Positions 1-11,157 of a DNA stretch of 64,000 bases are shown one piece after another; within the stretch, counting starts at the first letter, position 1, and each line of letters starts with the position of its first letter. The notes under the pieces are model-generated. The model did no database searches. It saw only the letters and a list, made by a program, of their open reading frames with translations, and had not been told where the DNA came from. The DNA comes from the human T2T-CHM13v2.0 reference genome, Homo sapiens: NCBI GenBank assembly GCA_009914755.4, contig CP086569.2:14336001-14400000 (forward strand), given 5' to 3'. The position numbers were made by a program, and so were the translations under genes.

Positions 1-340
1 TGCGAGTCTGTCATATTCAGCCTTTATTGTGGGTTGAGGTATGTTCCTTCATGTCTAGTTATTAAGGATTTTTAAAATAAAGGGATGCTGAATTTCATTG
101 AGGGCTTTTTCTACATTTACTGAGAAAATCAAGTTTTTGTCCTTGATTCTGCTTGCATGTGATATATCATACTTACTGACTTGTGTATGGTAAACCATCC
201 TTGGTTCCCTAGGGTAAATCCCACCTGATCACCATTTATAATTGTTAGATATGAGTTCTAAATTTCTCTTCAAAGAGTCAATATGTCTGTATGTTCAATT
301 CTTTGCCTTCTACTTTTAAACTTAACTTCCTCATAAAGCA
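1..340 (-). mobile_element. L1 (LINE-1) ORF2 fragment, old subfamily
   Basis: Reverse-complement similarity to L1 ORF2 3' region (pattern ...GGGATGCTGAATTTCATTGAGGGCTTTTTCTACATTTACTGAGA... typical of the antisense L1 RT/C-terminal region); AT-rich, many stops. Confidence 0.55.
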
Positions 341-351
341 ACCTTTGTGGA

Positions 352-525
352 TCACCTGCTCCACCCTCATTCTGATTACTGCTCCACCCTGACTCATTCT
401 GATTGCCTGCACCACCCTAACTCATTCCGATTTCCTGCTCCACCCTAACTAATTCCGATTACCTGATCTGCCCTGACTCATTCTCCACCCTGACTCATTT
501 GATTTCCTGCTCTGCCATAACCATT
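352..525. repeat. ~28-bp tandem repeat array, ~6 degenerate copies (CTCCACCCTRACTCATTCYGATTDCCTG)
   Basis: Direct reading: ctgctccaccctcattctgattactg / ctccaccctgactcattctgattgcctg / caccaccctaactcattccgatttcctg / ctccaccctaactaattccgattacctg ... Confidence 0.8.
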
Positions 526-539
526 TTTCCCGCCAAATC

Positions 540-720
540 ATTTACCCTGTCACTCTCTTTAAATTAGCCAATAGGAATTAGTTTTGCCTGTGAGGTCTAA
601 CCCTAGCCCATAGGGCAGCAGGGGCCATGTGTGTCAGGAATAAGTCCCTTATTCAGGTGTGCACTCACAACTGCTCCATCTGTGAGGGCACACCCTTCTA
701 TAAAAGTAAATTGCCTTGCT
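540..720 (+). mobile_element. LTR-like segment with TATA box (TATAAAAG) directly downstream of the tandem array; possible solo LTR / MER fragment
   Basis: CCAATAGG..., GC-rich core, TCTATAAAAG at ~700; tandem repeats followed by a TATA box are typical of some ERV LTRs (e.g. LTR12-type); family not identified. Confidence 0.3.
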
Positions 721-1360
721 GAGAAGAAAAAAAGAAAATTTTATATTCAAGTGCTATTTCTTTTGTGGCACTGAAACTTAACTTATAACATTATCATTTT
801 AATACATTAATAGATTCATTTTGCTAGTCTTTTGTAGAGGATTTTTGCATTTATGTTCATCAGGAATACTGACCTGTAGTTTCTTCTTGTGCCATTGCCT
901 GGTTTAAAATCAGAGTGATATTGGCCTCACAGAATGAGTTACAAAGAATTCCCTCCTCCTCATTTTTTTGCAATAGTTTCTGAAAGATTAGTACTAGTTA
1001 TTTTTTGTATGTTTGTCAGATTTTGGCTGTGAATCCATATGATCCTAGGCTTTTTTTGTCAAAAGATTTTGCTATTATTGATTCAATCTTGCTACTCCTT
1101 ACTGTCTGTTCAGAAGTTCTATTTCTTCCTGGTTAAATCTTGGGAGGTTGTGTACCTTGAGGGATTTATCCATTTCCTCCAGGTTTTCTAGTTTGTGAGT
1201 ACACATTCATTCATAACAATCTCTGATGACCTTCTGACCTTTTTTATTTCTGTGTTATCAATTGTGATCTCTTTTATCATCTCTGATTGTGCTTATTTGG
1301 ATCCTCTCTATTCTTTCCTTCATTAGTCTAGCTAGTGGTTTTTATCAATTTTGTTTATAA
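720..1360 (-). mobile_element. L1 ORF2 fragment (antisense)
   Basis: Antisense L1 RT-region motifs (…GATTTTGGCTGTGAATCCATATGATCCTAGGCTTTTTTTG…, …TGGGAGGTTGTGTACCTTGAGGGATTTATCCATTTCCTCCAGGTTTTCTAGTTTGTG…). Confidence 0.6.
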
Positions 1361-1640
1361 GGCTGGAGTGCAATGTGGCTCATGCCTGTAATACTGGTCC
1401 TTTGGGAGGCCCAGGTGGGCAGATCAATTGTCCTCTAGACCAGCCCAGACAACATGGTGAAACTCCATCTCTAACAAAAATACAAAAAAAAAAAAAAAAT
1501 TAACTGGGCATGGTGGCATGTGCCTGGGGTTTCAGCTATGCAGGAGGCTGAGGTGGAAGGATGGCTTGAGCCTGGGAGAGAGGTGGAGGTTGCAGTGAGC
1601 AGAGTTTGTGCCACTATGCTCCAACCGGGTTGACAGAGGG
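1361..1640 (+). mobile_element. Alu SINE (older, AluJ/S-like)
   Basis: GGCTGGAGTGCAATGTGGCTCATGCCTGTAAT… left arm, A-rich linker, right arm …GAGGTTGCAGTGAGC…. Confidence 0.85.
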
Positions 1641-1649
1641 ATTTTTTTT

Positions 1650-2960
1650 GGTTTATATTTTTGAACAGCCTAAAAACATGGCTATTTTGAAAAAATGGTG
1701 TTGACAAACCTTTAACTAGACTAAAAGAAAAGGAAAAAAGACCAATACAAATAAAATAAGAGAGGAAAAAAAAGAGATTATAACTGAAACCACAGAAATT
1801 CAAGGGATCATTCACAGGCTTCTATGAACTGTGTACCAACAACATGGAAAACCTGTAGAAAATAATTAAGTTTTTGGACATATATAATCTACCAAGATTA
1901 AATCATAAAGAGAGAGAAATCCCAAACAGATCCATAAATTGTAGCAAGATTGAAGCAGTAATAAAAAGTCTCCCATTAAAGAAAAGCCAGGACCTGATGA
2001 TTGCACTACAGGATTCTACCAAATATTTTGAGAAGAATTAACATCACTTCTACTCAAGCTACTTCAAAAAAATTAAAGATGAGAGAATTTCTCCAAACTC
2101 ATTCAATGAGGCTAACATCCTGCTATCAAAATCAGAACACAAACACACAGATGCGTGCACACACAAATTTCCCTGATGAACACATCCAAAACTCCTTAAA
2201 AAATACTAGCAAACTGAGTTCTGCAATACTACAAAAAGATCATTCAACATGATCTTTTTCGTCATCATAATCTCCCCAAAAGAGGACTCATCTACTGCAT
2301 GCAGCAATGGTTCAAACAAAAAAAAAAGTAATAAATGTGATTGACGCATCACATTAAAAGAGTCAAGAACAAACACCATGTAACTGCTTTAACAGATACC
2401 AAACGGAGAAATTCAAAGATTTTGTCCTCAAAGATCTGGAAAAAGTCAAGGATGCCCACTTTTATTCAACATAGTGCAGAAAAGTCATAGCCAGAGAAAT
2501 TATGGAAAGAGAAATAAAACCCATTCAAATGATTAAAAAATAATCAAATTATCCTTATTCACAGAAGACGTGAACGTACAGAAAAACCTAAACGCTCCCC
2601 CCAAAATACTGTAGAAATTCATAAACAAATGCAGTTATGTTGCACAAAATGAAATCAACATGTAAAAATTACCATTTACATACAGCAATAGCAAATAACC
2701 TGAAAAAGATCAAGGAAGCAATTCCATTTACAACAGCTCCAAAAATAAAATACCTAGAAATAAATATTACTGAACTCAAAGATTTCCACAATGAAAACTA
2801 AAGGCATTGATGAAGGAAACTGAAAAAGATACACAAAATTAAAAAAATTTCCACATTCACCCAAAATAATCTACAGACTCAATGTAGTGCCTATCAAAAT
2901 ACCAATGACGGTCTTCACAAAAATAGAAAACAAAATTCTAAAATTTGTATACAACCACAA
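1650..2960 (+). mobile_element. L1 ORF2 fragment (sense), old L1M/L1P-type
   Basis: Sense similarity to the L1 ORF2 RT region (…AGAAAAGCCAGGACCTGATGATTGCACTACAGGATTCTACCAAATATTTTGAGAAGAATTAACATCACTTCTACTCAAGCTACTTC… vs L1 …AAAAGAGTCCAGGACCAGATGGATTCACAGCCGAATTCTACCAGAGG…). Confidence 0.65.
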
Positions 2961-5869
2961 AGATCATGAAGTGTCAGATCAGTCTGGCTCTGCCCAGCAT
3001 TATCCCCCCTCCCATTTCTGAAAATGAAGATGTCAAGGGACCTAGGAATTGTATAACACAATTCACTATTTGAGGAATCCAAGTATTCCCCCTGGGGCAC
3101 AGTTTAGGTATAAACACACTTCCACTACTAACTATCTCCAGCAGTTGCCTACCTATAAGCTCCACCTACAGGCCTGAAGTCCAGGTCACACAGCCAGCTG
3201 CAATCACTGACAACACAAGTGCACAAACACAGGAAGCAGAACATACTACCGATGCTAGTATCACTGCACACACTACACTGACCACCTAGGGGCTCAGAAA
3301 CTCATTTACCCACCCAATCCACTGCTACCACACTGGCATCTAAGAAGTCCACCCAGAGGCCCACCACGTGGTCCACCTGGAATTGCCAATACAGATGCTG
3401 GCAAACAATGTCGTAGGCAAAAGGATGTTAACAACAAGCACACCACTGAGACCAGTGAAACCTGACTACAGGCCTAACTGGCACTGCAGTTTCCAGCAAA
3501 TTTCTCCACAGCCTCCATTAGTAACCACATCCTAGTATACCAAGGAAACCACAGGTACCATTAAGGGTATATACTGCCAAATAAATCAGAGACTTCACTG
3601 CTGCCCTTACCCAGACACAAAGCCAAAGGGCTCTACCCAATCAACATCACAAACCCACCTTCAGGATAAAGTCCCCACACAACAAAAGTAAATTCAATAG
3701 GCAAAAGCAACTGTTATACAGATATCAACCTAAAGACACAGGAAACATGAAAAAGCAAAGAAATATGACACTACTAAAAGAAAACTATAGATTTGAGGCA
3801 AAAAGACATTCAAGATCCTAAAGAAAGAATCTGAATGTTGTTTTCAAGGAAACTCAATGAGACGCAAGAGAAAATTCAAAACCAATATAAAGCACCCAGA
3901 AAAACAATTCAGGATGTGAATGAGGAATTGATAATCAAGGAAAAAGATTTAAAGAAAGCAAAACAAAACAAAAAATTCTGGAATTGAAAATTTCATTAAA
4001 GGAAATATTAAATACATTCAAAAGTTCCAACACTAGACTAAACCAGGCAGAAAAAAAAAATCTCAGTACTTCAGATGGGTCTTTGAAATAATCAATCAAT
4101 CAATCAATAAAATAAAAAGAATGAACAAAGCCTTTGAGACATTTCGGACAACAAAAAGTGACAAAATTTATGGACCACTGCTATCTACGAGCAGAGACAT
4201 CAAAGGGTTTAGCAAACCTATTACAAAATAGTAGATGAAAACGTCCCATGTCTAACAAGAGATTTAGACTTCTAGATACAGACGGCTCAACAATCCACAC
4301 ACAAACAGATAAAACACAAACAGTTCTTTGCAATGACACATTATAATCAAACTCAAAAGGCAAAGTGAAAATGAAACTAAAAACAGGAAGAGAATATCAC
4401 CTGGTCATGTGTAAATAAATCTACATCAAACAAATAGCATGCTTCTGAGTAGAAACTTCACAAGATAGAAGAGAATGGGTATATTCCAAGTACTGAAGGG
4501 AAAAAATCTGAGAAGAAAAATATACCCAGCAAGACTTATCTACATAAATGAAACAAAATCTTCCCTCAAAAAGGAGACGCTGAGAACATTCATCACTAAT
4601 TGCCTAGCCTAACATATGCTTAAAGTAGCCAGAGGCTTGGAAAAGAAAGAATAACATTTACCATCATGAAAACACAAGAAAGTATAAAACTAACTGGTTG
4701 AAGCAATCAAACAAAAAGGAAGTGTGATGAATCAAAGGGAATCATTACAGAATTCCACACTGGCAAACAGACAATAGAAAGAAAATTTCACAGAACTAGA
4801 AAACAATTTACAATATGATAGGAACAAAACCTCACATATCAATAATAACCTAAAATATAGACAGATAAAGTATTCTACTTGAAAAATACAGATTGACTTA
4901 AGAAACTGTATTTTACTTTACTTTTTCAGACAGTCTCACTCTGTAATCCAGGCTGGAATGCAGTGATGTGACTTCAGCTCACTGCCACCCCCACCTCTCA
5001 GGTTAAAACAATTCTCCGGCCTCAGCCTCCCAAGTAGCTGGGACTCAGGCACGCACCACCATACTCAGCTAATTTTTGCATTTTTAGTAGAGATGAGTTT
5101 TCATCATGTTGGCCAGGCTGGTCTCAAACTCCTGGCCTCAAGTGATCTACCCTCCTTGCCCTCCCAACGTAGGCCAGTGCGCCTGGCCTAAGACTGGTTG
5201 AAGAGATTTTAAAACATGATCCAACTAACTGCTGCTTACAAGAAATTTACCTTACATGGAAAGGTTCATATAAACATAGGTATGGCATGGAAAATGATAT
5301 TCAATAAAACCAGAAACCAAAAGTGAGCAAGAGTAGGTATCATTGTATCAGATAAAAGAGACAAGTCAAAAGGATAAAACACACATTAAAAGACATTTTA
5401 TAATGATAACAGAATCAATTTAGCCAGAGGATATAACAATTTTAAATATATGCACCCATCACTCCAGCACTCAGATTCATAAAACAAATATTACTAGACC
5501 CAAAGGGACATATATCTCAATACATTAAGAGTAGGGGAGGGATATCAACGCCTCACTCACAGCATTAAACAAATCATTTAGAGAAATCAACAAAAAGATT
5601 GGACTTAAACTGGACTTCAGGCCAAATGAACATAAAAAATTACAGAACATTCTATCCAACAACTGTAGAACATACATTCTTTTCATCTGCACATGGAACA
5701 TTCTCCAAGACAGACCACATATCAGGATACAAAGAAGTTCTAATACATATTTAAACAATGAAACTATATGAAATAACATCTCAGACCATACTGGAATACA
5801 ACTAGAAATCAATACAAGAGAAATGCTGGAAACTATACAACTACATATAAAACAGCATGGACCTGAATC
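2960..5869 (+). mobile_element. Older L1 element, 5' portion (leader, ORF1-like region, ORF2 N-terminal endonuclease region); split by the ERV, continues at 14327
   Basis: ORF1-like (…AAAGAAAGCAAAACAAAACAAAAAATTCTGGAATTGAAAATTTCATTAAAGG…) and ORF2 start motifs (…ATGCACCCATCACTCCAGCACTCAGATTCATAAAACAAATATTACTAGACC… = L1 …ATGCACCCAATACAGGAGCACCCAGATTCATAAAGCAAGT…). Confidence 0.6.
4912..5188 (-). mobile_element. Alu SINE inserted in L1
   Basis: Reverse-complement Alu: poly-T head, …GAGACAGTCTCACTCTGTAATCCAGGCTGGAATGCAGTG… to …GGCCAGTGCGCCTGGCC. Confidence 0.85.
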
Positions 5870-6377
5870 TGTGGAAGGAAAATAAAATAAAATAAATAAT
5901 AATAAAGTTGAAAATAATAAACATAACATAGATAATAGTTAACATTAAGTGTGGTTATTTAGAAGTTATACATAGGCTAAGAAATTTAAGCAGCCCCTCC
6001 CAGCATTGCTAACAGGTTGCAGCTGCGAGCTTATCTCAACCTTCCAAGCTTATTGCCTGCCTCCAGACCCCCCGCACATTCCTGTCGTTCCTGTTTTCCC
6101 TTACCCCAGCTCTGTCCAGCTTCGAGCCTGACTGGTCAAGATAACTAAATTGTAAGCTTTCTCAGAATTGTCACAGGTTAAATAATTTACTGTCTTTGTC
6201 TGAAACCGGTATCCTGCCTTGTTTTCCCGCCTCAAACAACATGTAAGCAAGCCTGCATTCTTTGTCAGGGTCGGCAGCCATTTTGGGCGTGAGCCTACTG
6301 GCTCAGGTGCCTCAATTAAAGTTGTTTTTGGTCTCCAAAGGTCTCTTTGTCTTCTTTGGCTGAGTTTTACTGCGACA
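5870..6377 (+). repeat. ERV 5' LTR (508 bp)
   Basis: Starts TGTGGAAGG, ends …GTTTTACTGCGACA; near-identical to 13825-14326; contains AATTAAA/AATAAA poly-A-signal-like box near the 3' end. Confidence 0.8.
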
Positions 6378-7254
6378 TTTTGGAGAGTTCGACAAGAGGA
6401 GAGAGAGGACAAGCTACTGTCTCCTTTGACTGTGGGACTTGGGCCCCGGGGTCGGGGGAGACCCAGTTCTTAGGCGCGCCGACCGAAGAGTTTTCCAAAA
6501 AAGGGCTGGGTTCTCCCACATCCCAAGGCCCTGCCCCTGATAGCGCAGGAAGGAGACCGCAAGACAACTTTCAGCGCAGTGAAAAGGAATCACGGTAAGA
6601 AAAGAGGGCCCTACAGAGTAAGAAAGGGTGCCTTACAGGGACAGACACAAATCGTGCCCTACCAGGCGGGTGGGGCACTGATCACCACTCAAGGGTTGTC
6701 TATTAGCCTAACCCAGAAGGTGAATGGGGGCGGTGAGGAAAGGACCTCACCACTCATGTGACATTCAGCCCTGAAGCCGGCAGCAGGGTAGAGCCTGCTG
6801 AGCCGGAGGGAGCAAAGAGAAAGTGAAACCGTGAAGTCACCAGTGTGAGTGAACTGTCCCAACTGGGAGTGTGTGGGTACGTGTGAACCCACCCAGGACA
6901 CGAGACAGACTCGTTTCATCTGATGAGGAGTCCTGGGGACAGGAGTTGTGTACGAATGTGTGTGAATGTGGGAGCCTAACTAGGCTCATCAGCTGTGAAG
7001 CGTGGGGGCCGCAAGTCTGTTAGAGTGGACTGTATGCTGTGAGTGAAATGTTGGACCCAGGACGACTAGAGGCGAACTTCCTTTGGGGCTACCGCATACA
7101 GCTGAGGGAGGTGGCCCCACAGTCTAGGTATTGTGGCAGAGAGTAACAAACTCTCCAAAGTCAAGCGGGGTCTGGCGTCTGAAACACCCCCACGAGGGAG
7201 ACAGTCTAATCGGTCCGAAATGAAAGTGAGGGTCATTGCGTCGTGCGGGAAGAA

Positions 7255-7671
7255 ATGGGAGGAAAAGAACCTAAGGAATTAACCCCCACTCCTTTGGAGT
7301 GCATGCTAAAGAATTTCAAGGAGGGATTTTCTGGGGAATATGGAGTAAAGCTGACCCCCGCCAAAGGTTAAGAACTCTTTGTGTAATAGAATAGCCTAGT
7401 TTGGGCATTGGTTGGCCGCCAGAGGGCACCCTTGTTTGGAAAATCACCAGCAGGGTGTTTCAAATAATAACAGGGGCAACAGATCAGCATGGACACCCAG
7501 ATCAATTTCCATATATTGATTCCTGGTTAAATATAATCCAAAATTGCCCTAAATGGCTAGGAATCTGCATGGCTGAATATTGTAAGACCCTAGTCGCCCG
7601 AACTGGTCCAAAAGGGATCAAAAAGACAGTATCATGCAAGCCTTTAGAGAAGGAAACTAGGAAGCAAAAGA

Positions 7672-7712
<41 letters not shown>

Positions 7713-8600
7713 CTTACAGGCTCCTTTGGAGAAGCTAGAGAATCCTTCTCCATATGCCCTTCTCTACCCATCCTTAGCAAGGCTCAGATAAGAGGAAGGG
7801 CAATTGTCTCCTGAAGAAACAAGCTCAGAAAGTAGCGGGGCATCTCCACAGCAGGAAGAAGCTGCATCCTTGCCACCTAAGACTAGGAGGGAAAAACAGG
7901 ATGAAGAGGCAGGGCAGGGCGTCTTAGGTCCAGTGGTTCCCGAGCTCTGCAAATGCCGCTCAGAGAGACGTGGGCACAAATCTACCTTGATGATCAAGGG
8001 TACAAGGTGGAGAACAAACTTACTCTTATCTCCCCTTCTCCACTACTGACCTTTTAAACTGGAAACATCATAACCCATCATACACAGAAAAGCCACAAGC
8101 AATAATTGATACGAGAATAATCTTTTCGACTCATAGTCCTACCTGGCCAGACTATCAGCAATTATTAGTAGTTTATTTAGCACAGAAGGAAGGCACAGAG
8201 TGGTGCAAGCAGCCCTCCAATGGCTAGAAAACAATGCCCCTGAATGCATAAATGATTCCAGGCAGTATGCGGAAGCTCAGTTCCCTGACACTGATCCAAA
8301 TTGGGTCCCAAACAACCCTGATCATTTAGAATGCCTACAGAGGTATGTGGATGCACTCCTAAATGGGGTAAAGTCAGAGGGAAGAAAAGCAATGAACATA
8401 GGAAAAGTTTCAGAAGTCCTCCAAAAGCCCGATCAGAGTCCCAGCCAGTTCTAAGAGCAGCTGTGTGAAACCTACTGGCTCTACATCTGACCCACAGGCA
8501 GCTGATAACCAGAAAATGGTAAATACTGCCTTCGTTAGCCAGTCACAAAGTGACATCAAAAAAAAAGCTCCAAAAATTAGAAGGATTGCCAAAGAGGCAT
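7255..8600 (+). pseudogene. gag: ERV gag (MA-p12-CA), degenerate
   Basis: ATGGGAGGAAAAG… start (MG myristoylation-like); …HGHPDQFPYIDSW… ~ MLV MA …HGHPDQVPYIVTW…; ORF 8200-8454 QYAEAQFPDTDPNWVPNNPDHLECLQRYVDALLNGVKSEGRKAMNIGKVSEVLQKPDQSPSQF ~ MLV CA (…[23 protein letters not shown]…); interrupted by a (CA)n microsatellite and stop codons. Confidence 0.7.
7673..7710. repeat. (AC)19 microsatellite inside ERV gag
   Basis: acacac… run read directly. Confidence 0.95.
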
Positions 8601-10700
8601 GGAGGAACTCCTCAGTGTCTTAATGAATGCTGGATATAAAATTTCAGAAAAAAAAAAAAAAGGTTTGCATCTGTTGTCCTAAAGTTAAATATTTAGGTTT
8701 TATAATAAGCAAAGGACAAAAGAAGCTTGGTAGTGAGCGGAAAGAGGCCATGTGTACACTCCCTACAGGTACCACAGGGCGCCAAATCAGAATTCTTAGG
8801 TGCAGCAGGGTTCTGCCGCATTTGGATCCCAAGTTTCTCACTTTTAGCTGAGGCTCTATATAAAGCTACAAAGGGGGTTAAGAAAGAGTCCCTCTTCTGG
8901 GAGACGGATCAAGCAAAAGCATTAAAAAAAATCAAAAAGGCCTTAACATAGGCTCCCAGATCAGACTAAACCTTTCTTCTTCTACGTGGATGAAAGAACA
9001 GGGACAGTAGTAGGAATTTTAACACAAATGCTAGGATCATGGCATAGACCTGTGGCCTATTTATCTAAACAACTAGACACAGTGGCATTAGGCTGGACAC
9101 ACTGCTTTAAAGCAGTTAACGGCAACTACCTTGCTGGCCCAGGAGGCTGGCAAATTAACACTAGGACAGAAGTTAACTTTCAGGTGCCACACACCGTAAT
9201 AACCCTGTTAGACCAGAGGGGGAATCACTGGTTGTCTATCCAAGAATTGCTAAATATCAAAGACTGTTACTTGAAAATCCTAATATAACTGTAGAAATAG
9301 GGAATACCCTAAATCCAGCTACCTTGCTGCCTACAGAAGAATCAAAAGAATTCCCATCACATTGTTGTAAGGATGTAGTAGATAAAGTGTTTTCAAGCAG
9401 GAAAGACTTAAAAGATCAGCCTTTTGAAAACTCAGACCTAGACTATTTAACAGATGTAGCAGCTTCATTTCAGACGGAGTTTACAGAGCCAGGTATGCAG
9501 TAGTGATAAATGATTTTAAGTCAGGTGAGGGAACAGTAGTAGAAGCACAGTCACTGCCAACTAGATCCTCTGCTCAAAAGGCTGAGCTGATTGCTTTAAC
9601 AAGAGCCTTATTACCAGCAAAAGGGAGGATAGTTAATATCTATATTGATTCTAAATATGCTTTTGCTACCCTCTATGCTCATGGAGACATCTATAAAGAC
9701 AGAAGACTTCTAACAGCTGCAGGAAAAGAAGTCAAAAATAAAAAGGAGATCCCGCAACTCTTAGATGCTGTTTGGGCACCTAAAAAGGTGGCCATTATAC
9801 ATTGCAAAGGTCATCAAACAGATGGGTCCTATAAATCCATAGGAAATAGGCAGACAGACAAGCAAGGCAGGCAGCTATGGCAACCGCACCACAGGAAGAA
9901 GCTTTAATGTAAGTTACCTCTTTTCCCAAAACCATTACCTTTAGAATACAACTAGGCTCAACCCCATGAGAACCCGATGGTAGATTTTACTTAGTTACCC
10001 CATGTAAGAGGACTAAAGTATTTATTGGTCTTTGTATGCACCTATCCTGGGTGAGTAGCTTTCCCCACCCAATCTGAAAAGGCCCAAGAAGTAACGTGGG
10101 CATTACTAGCACATATTATCCCCAGGTTTGGGGTGCCTTTGACTATCGGGTCAGATAATGACCCAACATTTGTCGCTGAAGTTGTTCAAAACTTATCCCA
10201 ATTATTAAAACAAGATGGAAGCTGCACACTGCGCACCATCCCCAGAGTTCAGGACAAGTTGAAAGGATGAACCGGACAATAAAGCAACTGTTTAAAAAGT
10301 TCTGTCAAGAAACCCACCTAAAGTGGGATCTGGCTCTGTCCATGGTTCTCCTTTGAATCACATGCACCCCAAACAAGCAAACTGGATACTCACCCTATGA
10401 AATTCTGTTTGGAAGGCCTCCCCATCTTATTTTCCAAATTAAAGGAGATCTCAAAGAAGTACGGGAACTAACACTGAGAAAGCAAATGCAAGCTTTAGGT
10501 ACAGCCGTGAGAGAAGTTGCAAAGCTGGGTGCAAGAAGACTGCCAGTAGGCCTAACTAGCCCAGTTCACCCATACCAACAAACCCAGGGACTCTGGCTGG
10601 GTCAAAAACTGGTACCTATCCACATTAAGGCACATATGGAATGAGCCCTTTGTAGTAATCTTATCTACCCCCACTGCTGTTAAGGTTGCTGAAGTGCTTC
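8600..10700 (+). pseudogene. pol: ERV pol remnant: RT C-terminal half, intact RNase H ORF (9503-9907), integrase; NC-protease-RT N-terminus deleted
   Basis: …LLSVLMNAGYKISEKKKK…VKYLGFIISKGQ… ~ MLV RT …[31 protein letters not shown]…; ORF 9503-9907 …SAQKAELIALTRAL…NIYIDSKYAFATLYAHGDIYKDRRLLTAAGKEVKNKKEI…IIHCKGHQ… ~ MLV RNase H; IN motifs …GSDNDPTFVAEV… / …QVERMNRTIK…; CA joins directly to RT mid-region at ~8600. Confidence 0.75.
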
Positions 10701-10899
10701 CCTGGATCCATCATAGTGGGTTAGCCAGCTGCTGCCTAGGATGTGTGGACCAGCCAGCCAGACCCCGACCAACCCACCAAGCTAACTCTAAGATGAGGTG
10801 CCAACAGAGACCAAACCCAGACCAGCCGACCTCAGACCCAACTGTTAATGAAAAATCGCCAAGCCCTGCTGTAGTCACACAATAAGAAGCTGACTACTC

Positions 10900-11060
10900 T
10901 ACACATGACCAAAGCTTGAGGAGTGTTCAATAGATAAGTGGATATGGATAAGTAAGATATGGACTGATATTTCATAAGTAGATAAGTAAATAAGTAGATA
11001 AGTAAAGTAGTAAATAAGTAGATGAGTAAAGTAGATATGGACTGATATTTTAATACCTAT
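10900..11060. repeat. AT-rich low-complexity / short tandem repeat (AAGTAGATAAGTA-like units) between pol and env
   Basis: Direct reading; GATATGGACTGATATTT occurs twice. Confidence 0.7.
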
Positions 11061-11157
11061 TGCTCTTCTAGTAATATTTGCTGTACTATTGTTATACTGC
11101 CATTGTTGCCAACCCTTGCTTTCAGGAAGAAACATACCCTGCCTGTGCCTAGTGTGA

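Noticed and set aside
352-525. Regularly spaced 28-bp direct repeats, checked as a possible CRISPR array
   Set aside because: This is a eukaryotic context. The units are contiguous with no unique spacers and are degenerate. No cas genes are present. It is a minisatellite or LTR U3 repeat.
6371-6400. Attempt to identify the ERV primer-binding site and thus the HERV family
   Set aside because: The sequence after the 5' LTR (TTTTGGAGAGTTCGACAAGAGG) does not match any tRNA 3' end I can recall with confidence. The family is left unassigned rather than guessed.
9503-9907. 134-aa ORF with RNase H homology
   Set aside because: It is part of the degenerate ERV pol. It is flanked by stops and frameshifts and lacks an RT catalytic domain upstream, so it is not a functional gene.
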